From an uncultured Alphaproteobacteria bacterium (GTDB lineage: Bacteria; Pseudomonadota; Alphaproteobacteria; Rhodobacterales; Rhodobacteraceae), in contig CAVZZP010000002.1 in assembly GCA_963779765.1 (NCBI GenBank), positions 904,247-968,246 on the forward strand: a stretch of DNA of 64,000 bases, in the 5' to 3' direction. The notes under the pieces were generated by a model that saw only the letters and a list, made by a program, of their open reading frames with translations, was not told the DNA's origin and did not search any database. Below are positions 54,981-64,000 of this stretch, piece by piece (position 1 is the stretch's first letter; each line of letters begins with the position of its first letter). The translations under genes and the position numbers were made by a program.

Positions 54981-56173
54981 GCCAGCGCGTCGGCGATGCG
55001 AGCGGCGAGACGCCTCGCCACCTGCTCCTTGGTGGCGCGGGGCCAGGCTTCGGCCCCGGTGTCGTCGATGACGGTCACGGCGTTCTCGGTCCCGCCCATG
55101 ATTCCGGTCGCGGGAGAAACGTCGTTCGCCACGATCCAGTCGCATCCCTTGCGAACGCGCTTGGCGGTGGCGTTGGCGACCACGTCGTCCGTCTCGGCGG
55201 CGAACCCGACTACGAGGCGGGGTCTGCCCTCACTCATCCGCGAAACCGTCGCCAGGATGTCCGGATTCTCGTCCAGCGAAAGCGAGGGCGGAGATCCGCT
55301 TCCGTCCTTCTTTATCTTCGACCCCGAGGACGAGGACACGCGCCAGTCCGCCACGGCCGCGGCAAAGATAGCGGCATCGGCGGGAAGAGCTGCCTCGACC
55401 GCTTTCAGCATCTCGCGCGCCGTCTCGACCCGGACGATCGAAGCGCCCGCTGGCGGTGGTGTCGTGGCGGGTCCGGTGATGAAGGTCACCTTCGCCCCAA
55501 GTCGGACGAGCGCCGCCCCTATGGCCGTTCCCTGCGCGCCGGACGAGCGATTGGCGATGTAGCGAACCGGGTCGATCGGTTCGTGCGTCGGCCCCGAGGT
55601 GACGAGAATGTGCCGGCCGGACAGCGGGCCATTCCCCAGCCTGGCGACGATCGCGTCGAGTATCGCCATCGGCTCTGCCATCCGTCCGGGTCCGTGTTCT
55701 CCACAGGCCATGTCGCCCTCGTCGGGACCGACGTGGGCGATACCGTCCGCCTTCAGCGTGGCGAAGTTTCGCTGGGTGGCGGCATGCAGCCACATCCGTA
55801 CGTTCATCGCGGGCGCGATAAGCACCGGAGTGTCGGTCGCCATAAGCACGGTCGACGCAAGGTCGTCGGCGTGCCCCTGCGCCATCTTCGCCATCAGGTT
55901 CGCCGTGGCCGGGGCGACAACAAGCAGATCGGCGGAGCGCGACAATTCGATGTGGCCCATCTCGGCCTCGTCGGTCAGGTCGAAGAGGTCGGTGAAGACC
56001 TTCTCGGCGGCGAGGGCCGAGGCCGAGAGCGGGGTGACGAATTCCTGTGCCGCGCGGGTCAGGACCGGGGTCACCGATCCGCCTGCCTTGCGAATGAGAC
56101 GGATCAACTCAAGCGACTTGTAGGCCGCGATGCCACCGCCGACGATCAGGAGTATGCGCTTGCCGTACAGCAT
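54977..56173 (-). CDS. coaBC: Phosphopantothenoylcysteine decarboxylase/ligase
   Basis: GGIAAYK, PAMN, MACGE.G.GRM, DPVRYIANRSSG, GFAAET. Confidence 0.96.
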   Translation of the reverse strand: MLYGKRILLIVGGGIAAYKSLELIRLIRKAGGSVTPVLTRAAQEFVTPLSASALAAEKVFTDLFDLTDEAEMGHIELSRSADLLVVAPATANLMAKMAQGHADDLASTVLMATDTPVLIAPAMNVRMWLHAATQRNFATLKADGIAHVGPDEGDMACGEHGPGRMAEPMAILDAIVARLGNGPLSGRHILVTSGPTHEPIDPVRYIANRSSGAQGTAIGAALVRLGAKVTFITGPATTPPPAGASIVRVETAREMLKAVEAALPADAAIFAAAVADWRVSSSSGSKIKKDGSGSPPSLSLDENPDILATVSRMSEGRPRLVVGFAAETDDVVANATAKRVRKGCDWIVANDVSPATGIMGGTENAVTVIDDTGAEAWPRATKEQVARRLAARIADALA

Positions 56174-56261
56174 GGGTCCGCCTTTCCGGACCCAGTGTTA
56201 GGGGGACGCATCAGCAGGGGCAAGATGCAGGGCAGAACTGCACGCTTCATGTGTCGGAGCG

Positions 56262-56288
56262 AAAAAAAGAGGCCGGCGTGAGCCGGCC
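56262..56288 (-). terminator. Rho-independent terminator of rpoH2
   Basis: Minus strand GGCCGGC-TCAC-GCCGGCC-TCTTTTTTT. Confidence 0.85.
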
Positions 56289-56316
56289 GAGGGGGATACG
56301 AGGGATGTAAGCGTAA

Positions 56317-57189
56317 TCAGACAAGAAATCCGTAGACTTCGCGGGATTGGGATTCGAGGTTCTTGCGCATCTTCGCGAAGGCCGCAGCCTCCAACTGGCG
56401 AACACGCTCTTTCGACAGTCCAAGCTCGGCACCGAGGCTTTCGAGCGTGCGGGGATCTTCGCGAAGCTTCCGCTCGCGGACGATGAAGCGCTCGCGATCG
56501 TTCAGCGCCGAGAGGGCGTGCACCAGCCAACTCCGCAAAGTCTGAATATCGCGAGTCTGTTCGACCGTCTCGGCTTGCCGCGCGGTCTCATCCTCCAGCG
56601 TCTCGATCCACTCGCGCCCCTCGTCGTCAGCGGACTGGGTCGCGTTCAGCGAAAAGTCGGAGCCCGAAAGGCGCCCTTCCATCATCTCGACATCGTGAAG
56701 CGGGACGCCAACTTCCTTGGCGATCATTTCGCGCATCCGGTGGCGGTCGGGCAGATCTCCGCGACCTGCCGCCTCTCGCTCGATGCGGGCCTGAACACGG
56801 CGCATGTTGAAGAAAAGGGACTTCTGCGACGACGTCGATCCGGTGCGCACCATCGACCAGTTGCGCATGACGTAGTCCTGGATCGAGGCTTTGATCCACC
56901 ACACGGCGTAGGTCGAGAAACGCACACCACGATCGGGGTCGAATTTTTCGGCCGCCTTCATGAGACCGAGACCGGCCTCTTGAATGAGATCGTTCATAGG
57001 AGCCCCATAACGGCGGAACTTTGCGGCCATCGAAATGGCAAGCCGCATATAGGCATTGATGAGGCGGTGAAGGGCTTCCACGTCGTGTTCATCACGCCAG
57101 GCGTAAGCGAGCCGAAGCTCGGTTTCGGCATCGAGAAGCTCGGCCTTCATGGCCTTGCGCGACAGCGACTGGTCTATCGTTGTATCCAT
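56317..57189 (-). CDS. rpoH2: Sigma-32 family factor RpoH2 (RpoHII)
   Basis: RFSTYAVWWIKA, RpoH-box variant NWSMVRTGSTSSQKSLFFNMR, SKERVRQLE. Confidence 0.92.
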   Translation of the reverse strand: MDTTIDQSLSRKAMKAELLDAETELRLAYAWRDEHDVEALHRLINAYMRLAISMAAKFRRYGAPMNDLIQEAGLGLMKAAEKFDPDRGVRFSTYAVWWIKASIQDYVMRNWSMVRTGSTSSQKSLFFNMRRVQARIEREAAGRGDLPDRHRMREMIAKEVGVPLHDVEMMEGRLSGSDFSLNATQSADDEGREWIETLEDETARQAETVEQTRDIQTLRSWLVHALSALNDRERFIVRERKLREDPRTLESLGAELGLSKERVRQLEAAAFAKMRKNLESQSREVYGFLV

Positions 57190-57215
57190 GGCGCTCTCCT
57201 TGATTGCCTTCTCGT

Positions 57216-57241
57216 TACGACACTGGCTCTCAGTCGGATCA
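57216..57241 (-). promoter_or_regulatory. RpoE (ECF11)-dependent promoter of rpoH2
   Basis: Minus strand TGATCC-N16-CGTA upstream of the AAGGAG RBS. Confidence 0.8.
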
Positions 57242-57342
57242 ATTCGCCGGAGCGGCATCGGTTCCACGTCAGGGTCGATCTACGACGAAAGAACGAGTTT
57301 CTGGCGGGACGCACGGGCATCCGTCTCTGCCTCGGATCAACG

Positions 57343-57358
57343 TTAATCCGGCCTTAAC
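57343..57358 (+). promoter_or_regulatory. CtrA full binding site upstream of comM
   Basis: TTAA-TCCGGCC-TTAAC, a perfect TTAA-N7-TTAAC. Confidence 0.8.
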
Positions 57359-57398
57359 GGCGAACGCCGACAACTTGGGCGAAACCGGTCGGGACAGC

Positions 57399-58910
57399 AT
57401 GGTCGCCCAAACCTACACCGTCGCCTTCGAAGGCATCGACGCCCGGCTGGTGCAGGTTCAGTGCGCATTGTCGCCGGGCGTTCCGCACTTCTCGCTGGTC
57501 GGCTTGCCCGACAAGGCCGTCAGCGAGGCGAAAGAGCGTGTGCGCGCGGCTCTCAACACCCTCTCGATCGCGCTTCCACCACGACGGATCACCATCAATC
57601 TCTCACCGGCCGACCTGCCGAAGGAAGGGTCGCATTTCGACCTTCCCATTGCGCTCGCACTTTTGGCGGCCATCGGCATCCTGCCAACCGACGCTGTCGA
57701 GGGACTGGTGTCGCTTGGGGAGTTGTCGCTCGACGGGATGCTGGTCCCCGTGGCGGGAGCACTTCCGGCGGCGCTTGCCGCTGCAGAAGCCGGGCGCAGC
57801 CTGCTCTGCCCCGAGGCTTCAGGCGCCGAAGCGGCTTGGGTCGGTGACACACCCGTCGTGGCTCCGCGGGATCTGGGCGCAGCTATCCAGCACCTGACGG
57901 GCGCGCGACCGATCGACATCAGCGTACCGGGCGAAGTCTCGGCGCAACCGGCCGGTCGCGACCTGTCAGAAGTGAAGGGTCAGGAGCGGGCAAAGCGGGC
58001 GCTGGAAATCGCCGCCGCCGGGCGCCACCACATGTTGCTTGTCGGACCGCCCGGGTCCGGCAAGTCGATGCTCGCGGCGCGTCTCCCCGGCATCCTGCCC
58101 GATCTCAGCCCCGAAGAGGCGCTCCAGACCTCCATGGTGCATTCACTTGCGGGACTAATTCAGGACGGCGGCATCTCGCGCCGGCGTCCCTTTCGCGCGC
58201 CGCACCACACCGCGTCGATGGCCGCCATAGTCGGCGGCGGTAAAGGTGCCAAGCCGGGCGAAATCAGCCTCGCCCACAATGGCGTCCTCTTCATGGACGA
58301 GTTCCCCGAGTACACCCGAGGTGTGCTCGAAACGCTGCGCCAGCCGATCGAGACGGGCGACGTCGTGGTCGCCCGCGCCAACGCGCATGTGCGATACCCT
58401 TGCCGCTTCCTGCTGATCGCCGCGGCAAACCCCTGCAAGTGTGGACACCTTGCCGACGCCGCCCGCGCCTGCAACCGCGCGCCGAACTGCGGCGAGGACT
58501 ACATGGGTCGAATCTCGGGGCCTCTGATGGATCGGTTCGATCTGAGGGTCGATGTGCCGCCCGTGTCCTTCCAGGACCTCGACTTGCCCTCCGACGGCGA
58601 ACCTTCTGCCGTGATTGCCCGTCGCGTCGCCGCGGCACGGGCCGCACAGGCCCGGCGCTTCGCGGATCATCCCGAGGTCACCGTCAACGCCGATGCCGAG
58701 GGAACGCTGCTTGAAGCCGTCGCGACACCTGATCCCGAGGGGCGCGCCCTCTTGCTGACTGCGGCTGAGCGGGTCGGCCTCTCGGCGCGGGGCTATCACC
58801 GGGTCATCCGCGTCGCCCGGACCATCGCCGACCTTGACGGCAGCGACGACGTCCGCAAGCCTCACGTGGCCGAAGCGATCAGTTTCCGGATCCCGAACGC
58901 GGCGGGCTGA
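57399..58910 (+). CDS. comM: YifB/ComM Mg-chelatase-like AAA+ ATPase
   Basis: NLSPADLPKEGSHFDL, GPPGSGKS, RAPHH, LAHNGVLFMDE, SGPLMDR. Confidence 0.93.
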   Translation: MVAQTYTVAFEGIDARLVQVQCALSPGVPHFSLVGLPDKAVSEAKERVRAALNTLSIALPPRRITINLSPADLPKEGSHFDLPIALALLAAIGILPTDAVEGLVSLGELSLDGMLVPVAGALPAALAAAEAGRSLLCPEASGAEAAWVGDTPVVAPRDLGAAIQHLTGARPIDISVPGEVSAQPAGRDLSEVKGQERAKRALEIAAAGRHHMLLVGPPGSGKSMLAARLPGILPDLSPEEALQTSMVHSLAGLIQDGGISRRRPFRAPHHTASMAAIVGGGKGAKPGEISLAHNGVLFMDEFPEYTRGVLETLRQPIETGDVVVARANAHVRYPCRFLLIAAANPCKCGHLADAARACNRAPNCGEDYMGRISGPLMDRFDLRVDVPPVSFQDLDLPSDGEPSAVIARRVAAARAAQARRFADHPEVTVNADAEGTLLEAVATPDPEGRALLLTAAERVGLSARGYHRVIRVARTIADLDGSDDVRKPHVAEAISFRIPNAAG

Positions 58911-59817
58911 GCCGGGTCTCGACAAAGGTTGCGACGTGCCGAAGCGCCTCGCGCGCTTCCGGCACCCAGCCATCGAGCATCTGCCACACGTGCGGAGCGT
59001 CCGGCCATGTCTCGACCGTCACGTCCGTACCTGCCTCGCGCAAGCGCTCAGCCAGGCGTAGCGTGTCATCGCGCAGGATCTCGGTCTCGCTGACCTGTAG
59101 GAGGACGGGCGCCCCATTGCCGGCCTTGGCGAAGAGGGGCGACACCCGAGGGTCCGAGGGATCGGCGTCCGCCAGCACGAGGTTGACAAGCTCGCCCGCC
59201 CGATCGGCCGGAAGCAGGGAGTCGTGCTCGGCGTTTTCTTTCAGGGACGGGCCATTGAGCGAAAGGTCCGTCCACGGCGAGAAGGCAAAGGCGCCACGCG
59301 GCGCATCCTGCGGGTCGAGTGCGGCGCAAACGGCGAGCGCCAGGCCGCCACCTGCACTGTCGCCTCCGATGATCCAAGGCGTGCCCCTGAGAGCGCGTGC
59401 CGCGCTTAAGGCGTCCTGGAAGGCCGCCGGAAAGGGATGCTCCGGCGCGAGACGGTAGTCCGGCATCAGTACGCGCCGCCCGCTGAGGTCCGCCAGACGC
59501 GCCATCATCGCCCGGTGCGTGCGCGAACTCCCGGCCACATAGCCGCCGCCGTGAAGAAAGAGGATTACACCCTCGCCAGTCAGTCGCCTGGGGCAGATCT
59601 CAAGCGTGGGCACGCCCCCGAGGTCGATCCTGTGCTCGTCGTGACGCGGGCCGTGCAGGAAGATGCGGCAGGCCAACTCGAGGTCACGCCGCGCCGCCTC
59701 GGGGGTCCTGGTGCGAGCCAGGAGTGGACGCACGACCCGCCGCAGCACGCGATTCAGGATCGCGAGCCGCAGGCTTATTCGCCGCGCGTCATCCTGCGAG
59801 GCGGGCTTCAATGGCAT
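58879..59817 (-). CDS. HSL-family esterase/lipase; start uncertain
   Basis: [25 protein letters not shown]. Confidence 0.88.
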   Translation of the reverse strand: MPLKPASQDDARRISLRLAILNRVLRRVVRPLLARTRTPEAARRDLELACRIFLHGPRHDEHRIDLGGVPTLEICPRRLTGEGVILFLHGGGYVAGSSRTHRAMMARLADLSGRRVLMPDYRLAPEHPFPAAFQDALSAARALRGTPWIIGGDSAGGGLALAVCAALDPQDAPRGAFAFSPWTDLSLNGPSLKENAEHDSLLPADRAGELVNLVLADADPSDPRVSPLFAKAGNGAPVLLQVSETEILRDDTLRLAERLREAGTDVTVETWPDAPHVWQMLDGWVPEAREALRHVATFVETRLSPPRSGSGN

Positions 59818-60727
59818 CCCAGATCGAGCCGGCGGCGTTGATCCCGTCGAACCGCTCCAGTTCCTGAAGTCCCGTGGGCGAGGTCACGTTGATCTCGGTC
59901 AGGTAGTCGCCGATCACGTCGATGCCGACGAAGACCTGCCCCTTTTCCCGCAGAAGCGGCCCGATGGCGGCGCAGATATCCTTGTCCCGCGCCGTCAGTC
60001 CAACCTTCACGGCCTTGCCGCCGACATGGAGGTTCGACCGCGTCTCACCCTCGGGAGGGATGCGGTTGATGGCGCCGATGGGTTCACCGTCCACCAGGAT
60101 GATGCGCTTGTCGCCGTTGGACACGTCGGGGATGAACTTCTGCGCGATCAGGGGTTCGCGGGTCATGCTGGCGAAAAGCTCGTGCAGCGAAACGAGGTTG
60201 CGATCATCGGGCGTCATACGGAAGACGCCCGCGCCGCCGTTGCCATAGAGCGGCTTCAGGATGATGTCGCCGTGCGCCTTGCGGAAGGCGCGGATCGCGT
60301 CGAGGTCGCGGGCGATCATCGTGGGCGGGGTCAGACCGGGAAACTGAAGGACGAGGAGCTTCTCGGGGAAATTCCGCACCCAGAAAGGATCGTTCACAAC
60401 GAGCGTGCGACCCCCGATCCGCTCGAGGATGTGGGTCGTCGTGATGTAACCCATGTCGAAGGGCGGATCCTGTCGCAGCCAGACCACGTCAAACGTCGCA
60501 AGGTCGACCGTCGCCTCCTGGCCGAGGGTGAAGTGGTTTCCCTTCTCCCGACGAACCGTCAGGGGCCAGCCGCGCGCGGTCACGCGGCCTTCGTTCCATG
60601 CAAGCTTGTCGGGGTGGTAATAGAACAACTCTGCCCCGCGCGACTGTGCTTCCTCGGCAAGACGGAACGTGGAATCGGCGTCGATGTTGATCGAGCCGAT
60701 CGGGTCCATCTGGATGGCGACCTTCAT
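59789..60727 (-). CDS. gshB: Glutathione synthetase
   Basis: [37 protein letters not shown]. Confidence 0.97.
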   Translation of the reverse strand: MKVAIQMDPIGSINIDADSTFRLAEEAQSRGAELFYYHPDKLAWNEGRVTARGWPLTVRREKGNHFTLGQEATVDLATFDVVWLRQDPPFDMGYITTTHILERIGGRTLVVNDPFWVRNFPEKLLVLQFPGLTPPTMIARDLDAIRAFRKAHGDIILKPLYGNGGAGVFRMTPDDRNLVSLHELFASMTREPLIAQKFIPDVSNGDKRIILVDGEPIGAINRIPPEGETRSNLHVGGKAVKVGLTARDKDICAAIGPLLREKGQVFVGIDVIGDYLTEINVTSPTGLQELERFDGINAAGSIWDAIEARLAG

Positions 60728-60794
60728 TGCGTGTCCCCCTAGGTGCGCGGCTGTTTTCGCGCAGGACGTGGCGAAGGGCAATCGGGGAATGGGT

Positions 60795-61187
60795 TCAAGT
60801 CAGCGAGACGTTCTCGACGACGACGATCCGTCCCATGCGATCCACGAGCGCAAGATCGACTCGGGCGCAGGCAAGGCCGCCCTCGTGGGTGGCGAGCCAG
60901 GCTTCGGCCGACGAGCAGATGCGGGCGAGTTGGGTGCCCGAAAGACGCAGGGCGGCTTCGTCGTGCGTCTCCGCCTTCTTGACCTCGACGAAGACAATGT
61001 CGTCGCCCTGCACGCAGACGAGGTCGATCTCGCCACCGGGCCCTCGCCATCGTCGCGCGACGACTTTGCACCCTAACTCTTCGTAGTACCGGGCCACCCC
61101 GTCTTCGGCGGCGATCCCGTCCTCATAGCTCGCGCGCCCGGTTTGGCGCCGTGCGTCGAGAGGAGGGGGAAGGATGTCGAACGACAT
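60795..61187 (-). CDS. yraN: YraN-family protein
   Basis: GIAAE, GEIDLV, FVEVK. Confidence 0.88.
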   Translation of the reverse strand: MSFDILPPPLDARRQTGRASYEDGIAAEDGVARYYEELGCKVVARRWRGPGGEIDLVCVQGDDIVFVEVKKAETHDEAALRLSGTQLARICSSAEAWLATHEGGLACARVDLALVDRMGRIVVVENVSLT

Positions 61188-61221
61188 GCGAGCAAGGTGG
61201 CGCACAAGGCTTTACGCCGTG

Positions 61222-62082
61222 CTAATCCAAGTCGAATCCCAGCCCCATCTGATAGAGATCGCGCCGAGATACACCGAAACGGTCGGCCACCTCGCGCGCG
61301 GCCTCCTTCAAGGGCTTTGACGCCAGCGCCTCCTTCAGGGCACCGGCAAGATCCTCCTCCGAGGCTTCGGTCGTGCCCTCGCCAATGCAAAGCACGATCT
61401 CGCCTCGCGGCGGATCGGCTACGGCTCCTTCCGCCAAGCTGTCCAGCGTTCCGCGCCGCGTCTCCTCGAACTTCTTCGTTATCTCCCGGCAGAGCGCGGC
61501 CGGGCGGCTTCCGCCCAGCACCTCGACCGCGGCTGCAAGTGTCGCGGCGACGCGTTTCGGACTTTCGTAGAGGACGAGCGTCCCCGGTGCCTCCGACAGC
61601 TCCGCAAGGAAGCGGCGACGTGCTCCAGCGGCGCTGGGAGGAAACCCGGCGAAGGTGAACCGATCCGACGGCAAGCCAGCGATGGTCAAGGCCGCCACGA
61701 CCGCCGAAGGCCCTGGCGCCGTCGTCACGGGAAGACCTTCCGCGATGGCGGCGCGCGCAAGCACGAATCCCGGATCGGCGACCAGAGGCGTTCCCGCCTC
61801 GGAGGCATAGGCGACCGAACGGCCCTCCCGGAGAAAGGCCAGGAGACGCGGCCGCGCTTCGGGGCCATTGTGGTCGTGGTAGGCGACGATCCGCCGCCCG
61901 CCAAGCGGGATGCCGTGGATCTCCATCAGGTGGCGCAGGGTCCGCGTGTCCTCGGCGGCAAGCACCTCGGCGTCGCGCAGGATGTCCAGCGCGCGCAGGG
62001 TGATGTCCCTGGCATTGCCAAGGGGGGTCGCGACGAAGTAGAGACCCGGCGCAAGGACGGCCCGCCCGTCACCGGCACTCAC
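61222..62082 (-). CDS. rsmI: 16S rRNA C1402 2'-O-methyltransferase
   Basis: VATPLGN, AEDTR, SEAGTPLVADPG, YESPKR, REITK. Confidence 0.95.
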   Translation of the reverse strand: MSAGDGRAVLAPGLYFVATPLGNARDITLRALDILRDAEVLAAEDTRTLRHLMEIHGIPLGGRRIVAYHDHNGPEARPRLLAFLREGRSVAYASEAGTPLVADPGFVLARAAIAEGLPVTTAPGPSAVVAALTIAGLPSDRFTFAGFPPSAAGARRRFLAELSEAPGTLVLYESPKRVAATLAAAVEVLGGSRPAALCREITKKFEETRRGTLDSLAEGAVADPPRGEIVLCIGEGTTEASEEDLAGALKEALASKPLKEAAREVADRFGVSRRDLYQMGLGFDLD

Positions 62083-62161
62083 CGCCTTGCCCGCGATTTA
62101 CTTGGCCCTGGGTTTTGCATAGGGTCGCGCCGTCCTGTATCCGCCCGAGGAGAGAAAGCCG

Positions 62162-63337
62162 ATGGTCGCCCTTTTGACGCTCCGCCGCAAGGTTCTGACC
62201 GCGCTAGGCGCCGTTGTGGCGCTTGCGGTTCTATCCGCCTGCGACGTCAACATGTCGGGTGGCGGCGGCGGTCCGATCCTCAACAACACGCGGGCGGTCC
62301 CGGTTGCGCTGCTGATTCCCAAGTCGTCGCCGAACGGCGCGGCCGTGGCGCAGTCGCTTGAAAACGCGGCCAGGCTTGCCGTTCAGGATCTGGGCGACCG
62401 CGTCGATATCGACCTCAAGGTTTATGACACGGCGGGCACGCCGGCGGGCGCGGCTGCGGCTGCCAGGCAAGCGCTGGACGACGGCGCGCAGATCTTCCTC
62501 GGCCCCCTCTTCGCCGAGGCGGCGAACGCCGCGGGCCAGGTCGCCGCATCGAAGGGCATCAACGTCCTCAGCTTCTCGAACAACGCCACGATCGCGGGCG
62601 GAAACGTCTATATCCTCGGCACGACCTTCCAGAACACGGCGGACCGTCTGGTCAGCCACGCCGCGCGTGCCGGCAAGGGCTCGATCTTCGTCGTGCATGC
62701 GCAGGACCCGGCCGAAGTGCAGGGCGCCGACGCCATCCGCCGCGCCGCTTCGGCAAGCGGGGCGCGTATTGCGGGCGTGGCCTCCTTCCCGCTGTCGCAA
62801 CAGGGCGTCATCGACACCATCCCGTCCATCGCATCGCAGTACCGTTCATCGGGGGCGACCTCGGTCTTCCTCACGTCCGGGAACTCCGGCGCCCTGCCGT
62901 TCCTTGCAGAGCTTCTGCCCGAGAACGGCATGGACGCGGCCTCGGCGCAGCTCATCGGCCTCCAGCGCCTCGACGTGCCGTCCAGCGCGCTGTCGCTGAA
63001 GGGCCTGCAGGGTGCGTGGTTCGCGACGCCTTCGCCGGCGCTCGTCCAGCAGTTCAACTCGCGCTACGCGGCAGCCTACGGCTCGCAGCCGAACCCGGTC
63101 GCAGGACTTGCCTACGACGGGCTGGCGGCAATCGGCGCGCTTCTCGCACAGGGACGGTCTGACGCTCTGACAGGGTCCGCCCTGACGCAGGGCGCGGGAT
63201 TTGCGGGCGTCTACGGTCCCTTCCGTTTTCTTGGCGATGGTACGAACGAACGGGGCCTCGCGGTCGCGCAAATCCAGAACAATCAGGTGATCGTGATTGA
63301 CCCCGCCCCGAGAAGCTTTGGCGGCGCCGGCTTCTAG
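62162..63337 (+). CDS. Penicillin-binding protein activator (LpoA-like lipoprotein)
   Basis: Lipobox LSAC; periplasmic binding fold (LGPLFA, LAYD, RGLAV); divergent from rsmI. Confidence 0.82.
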   Translation: MVALLTLRRKVLTALGAVVALAVLSACDVNMSGGGGGPILNNTRAVPVALLIPKSSPNGAAVAQSLENAARLAVQDLGDRVDIDLKVYDTAGTPAGAAAAARQALDDGAQIFLGPLFAEAANAAGQVAASKGINVLSFSNNATIAGGNVYILGTTFQNTADRLVSHAARAGKGSIFVVHAQDPAEVQGADAIRRAASASGARIAGVASFPLSQQGVIDTIPSIASQYRSSGATSVFLTSGNSGALPFLAELLPENGMDAASAQLIGLQRLDVPSSALSLKGLQGAWFATPSPALVQQFNSRYAAAYGSQPNPVAGLAYDGLAAIGALLAQGRSDALTGSALTQGAGFAGVYGPFRFLGDGTNERGLAVAQIQNNQVIVIDPAPRSFGGAGF

Positions 63338-64000
63338 GCCCGCGGACGCTCCGGACCCGCACGGGTTCGACCGGATCGGCCTGACCCCCGTCGGCATCTT
63401 CGACGGCGAGACGGCGTTCGAAGCCATTCGCACCGAGTCGCACGGAGGCTCGGCCAAGGACGTGCGCGCTGCGGCCGTCTCAGTCCTTCGAGACCGGATC
63501 AGCGCCGGGCGCGAGGCCATCGCCGCCGCGCTTGAAGCTCATCCGCTTCAGTCCCGCCCAGCCACGCGGGCCTACTGCTACCTGACAGACGGCGTGGTTC
63601 AGACGGTTTTCCGCGCAGCCGAAGCCTGGCTGCACCCGAACCCGAACCCGACCGAGGGCGAGCGCCTGGCGCTACTTGCGGTCGGCGGCTACGGGCGGGG
63701 AGAAATGGCGCCGTTCTCGGACGTAGATCTTCTGTTCGTGATGCCCTGGAAGGTCACGCCCTGGGCCGAGAGCCTGATCGAGAGCATGCTCTACATTTTC
63801 TGGGATCTGCACCTGAAGGTCGGCCATGCGACGCGCAGCATCAAGGAATGCGTGAGGCTTGGACGCGAGGATTTCACCATCCGCACCGCGCTTCTGGAGC
63901 ATCGCTACATCATCGGCGACACCAGTCTCGCCGCCGAATTCGACCGCAAGCTTCGCTCGGACCTGTTCCGGAACACCGCGCCGGAATTCGTCGAGGCGAA
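63318..64000 (+). CDS. glnD: [Protein-PII] uridylyltransferase, 3' end outside the window; start approximate
   Basis: AVGGYGRGEMAPFSDVDLLF, LYIFWDLHLKVGHATR; the frame stays open to the window end, so it is missing from the ORF track. Confidence 0.92.
   Translation, partial: MAAPASRPADAPDPHGFDRIGLTPVGIFDGETAFEAIRTESHGGSAKDVRAAAVSVLRDRISAGREAIAAALEAHPLQSRPATRAYCYLTDGVVQTVFRAAEAWLHPNPNPTEGERLALLAVGGYGRGEMAPFSDVDLLFVMPWKVTPWAESLIESMLYIFWDLHLKVGHATRSIKECVRLGREDFTIRTALLEHRYIIGDTSLAAEFDRKLRSDLFRNTAPEFVEA

Overview
High-GC chromosomal segment of an alphaproteobacterium, almost certainly Rhodobacteraceae/Roseobacteraceae (pccR-pccB-pccA-mcm, thyX, rpoH2, ldtR-like MarR, lpoA-glnD gene order). It is mostly housekeeping: aroK/aroB, xerD, ssb, djlA, the methylmalonyl-CoA pathway, thrS, cspA, thyX, gloA, sdhE, aspartate aminotransferase, dcp, moeB, dut, coaBC, rpoH2, comM, gshB, yraN, rsmI and glnD. 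No rRNA, tRNA, CRISPR array or IS element was seen. At least eight conserved genes carry single-base indels, most likely long-read sequencing errors. Accessory content: a bufferin-type RiPP cluster (DUF2282-DUF692-DUF2063-DoxX), a degenerate GGDEF-EAL protein, a type III PKS plus O-methyltransferase pair, a Slam-like outer-membrane protein, and an AT-rich orphan TIR gene abutting the thyX 3' end. The best non-obvious signals are cis-regulatory. (1) Tandem NrdR-like boxes lie upstream of thyX and would also control the TIR gene. (2) A tRNA-Thr(CGU) anticodon-like hairpin sits just upstream of the thrS RBS. (3) A PccR operator lies inside the pcc cluster ahead of a small lipoprotein and pccA. 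(4) RpoE-type promoters precede rpoH2 and a DUF2177 gene. (5) A perfect CtrA box precedes comM. All calls come from reading the sequence by eye; no searches were run.
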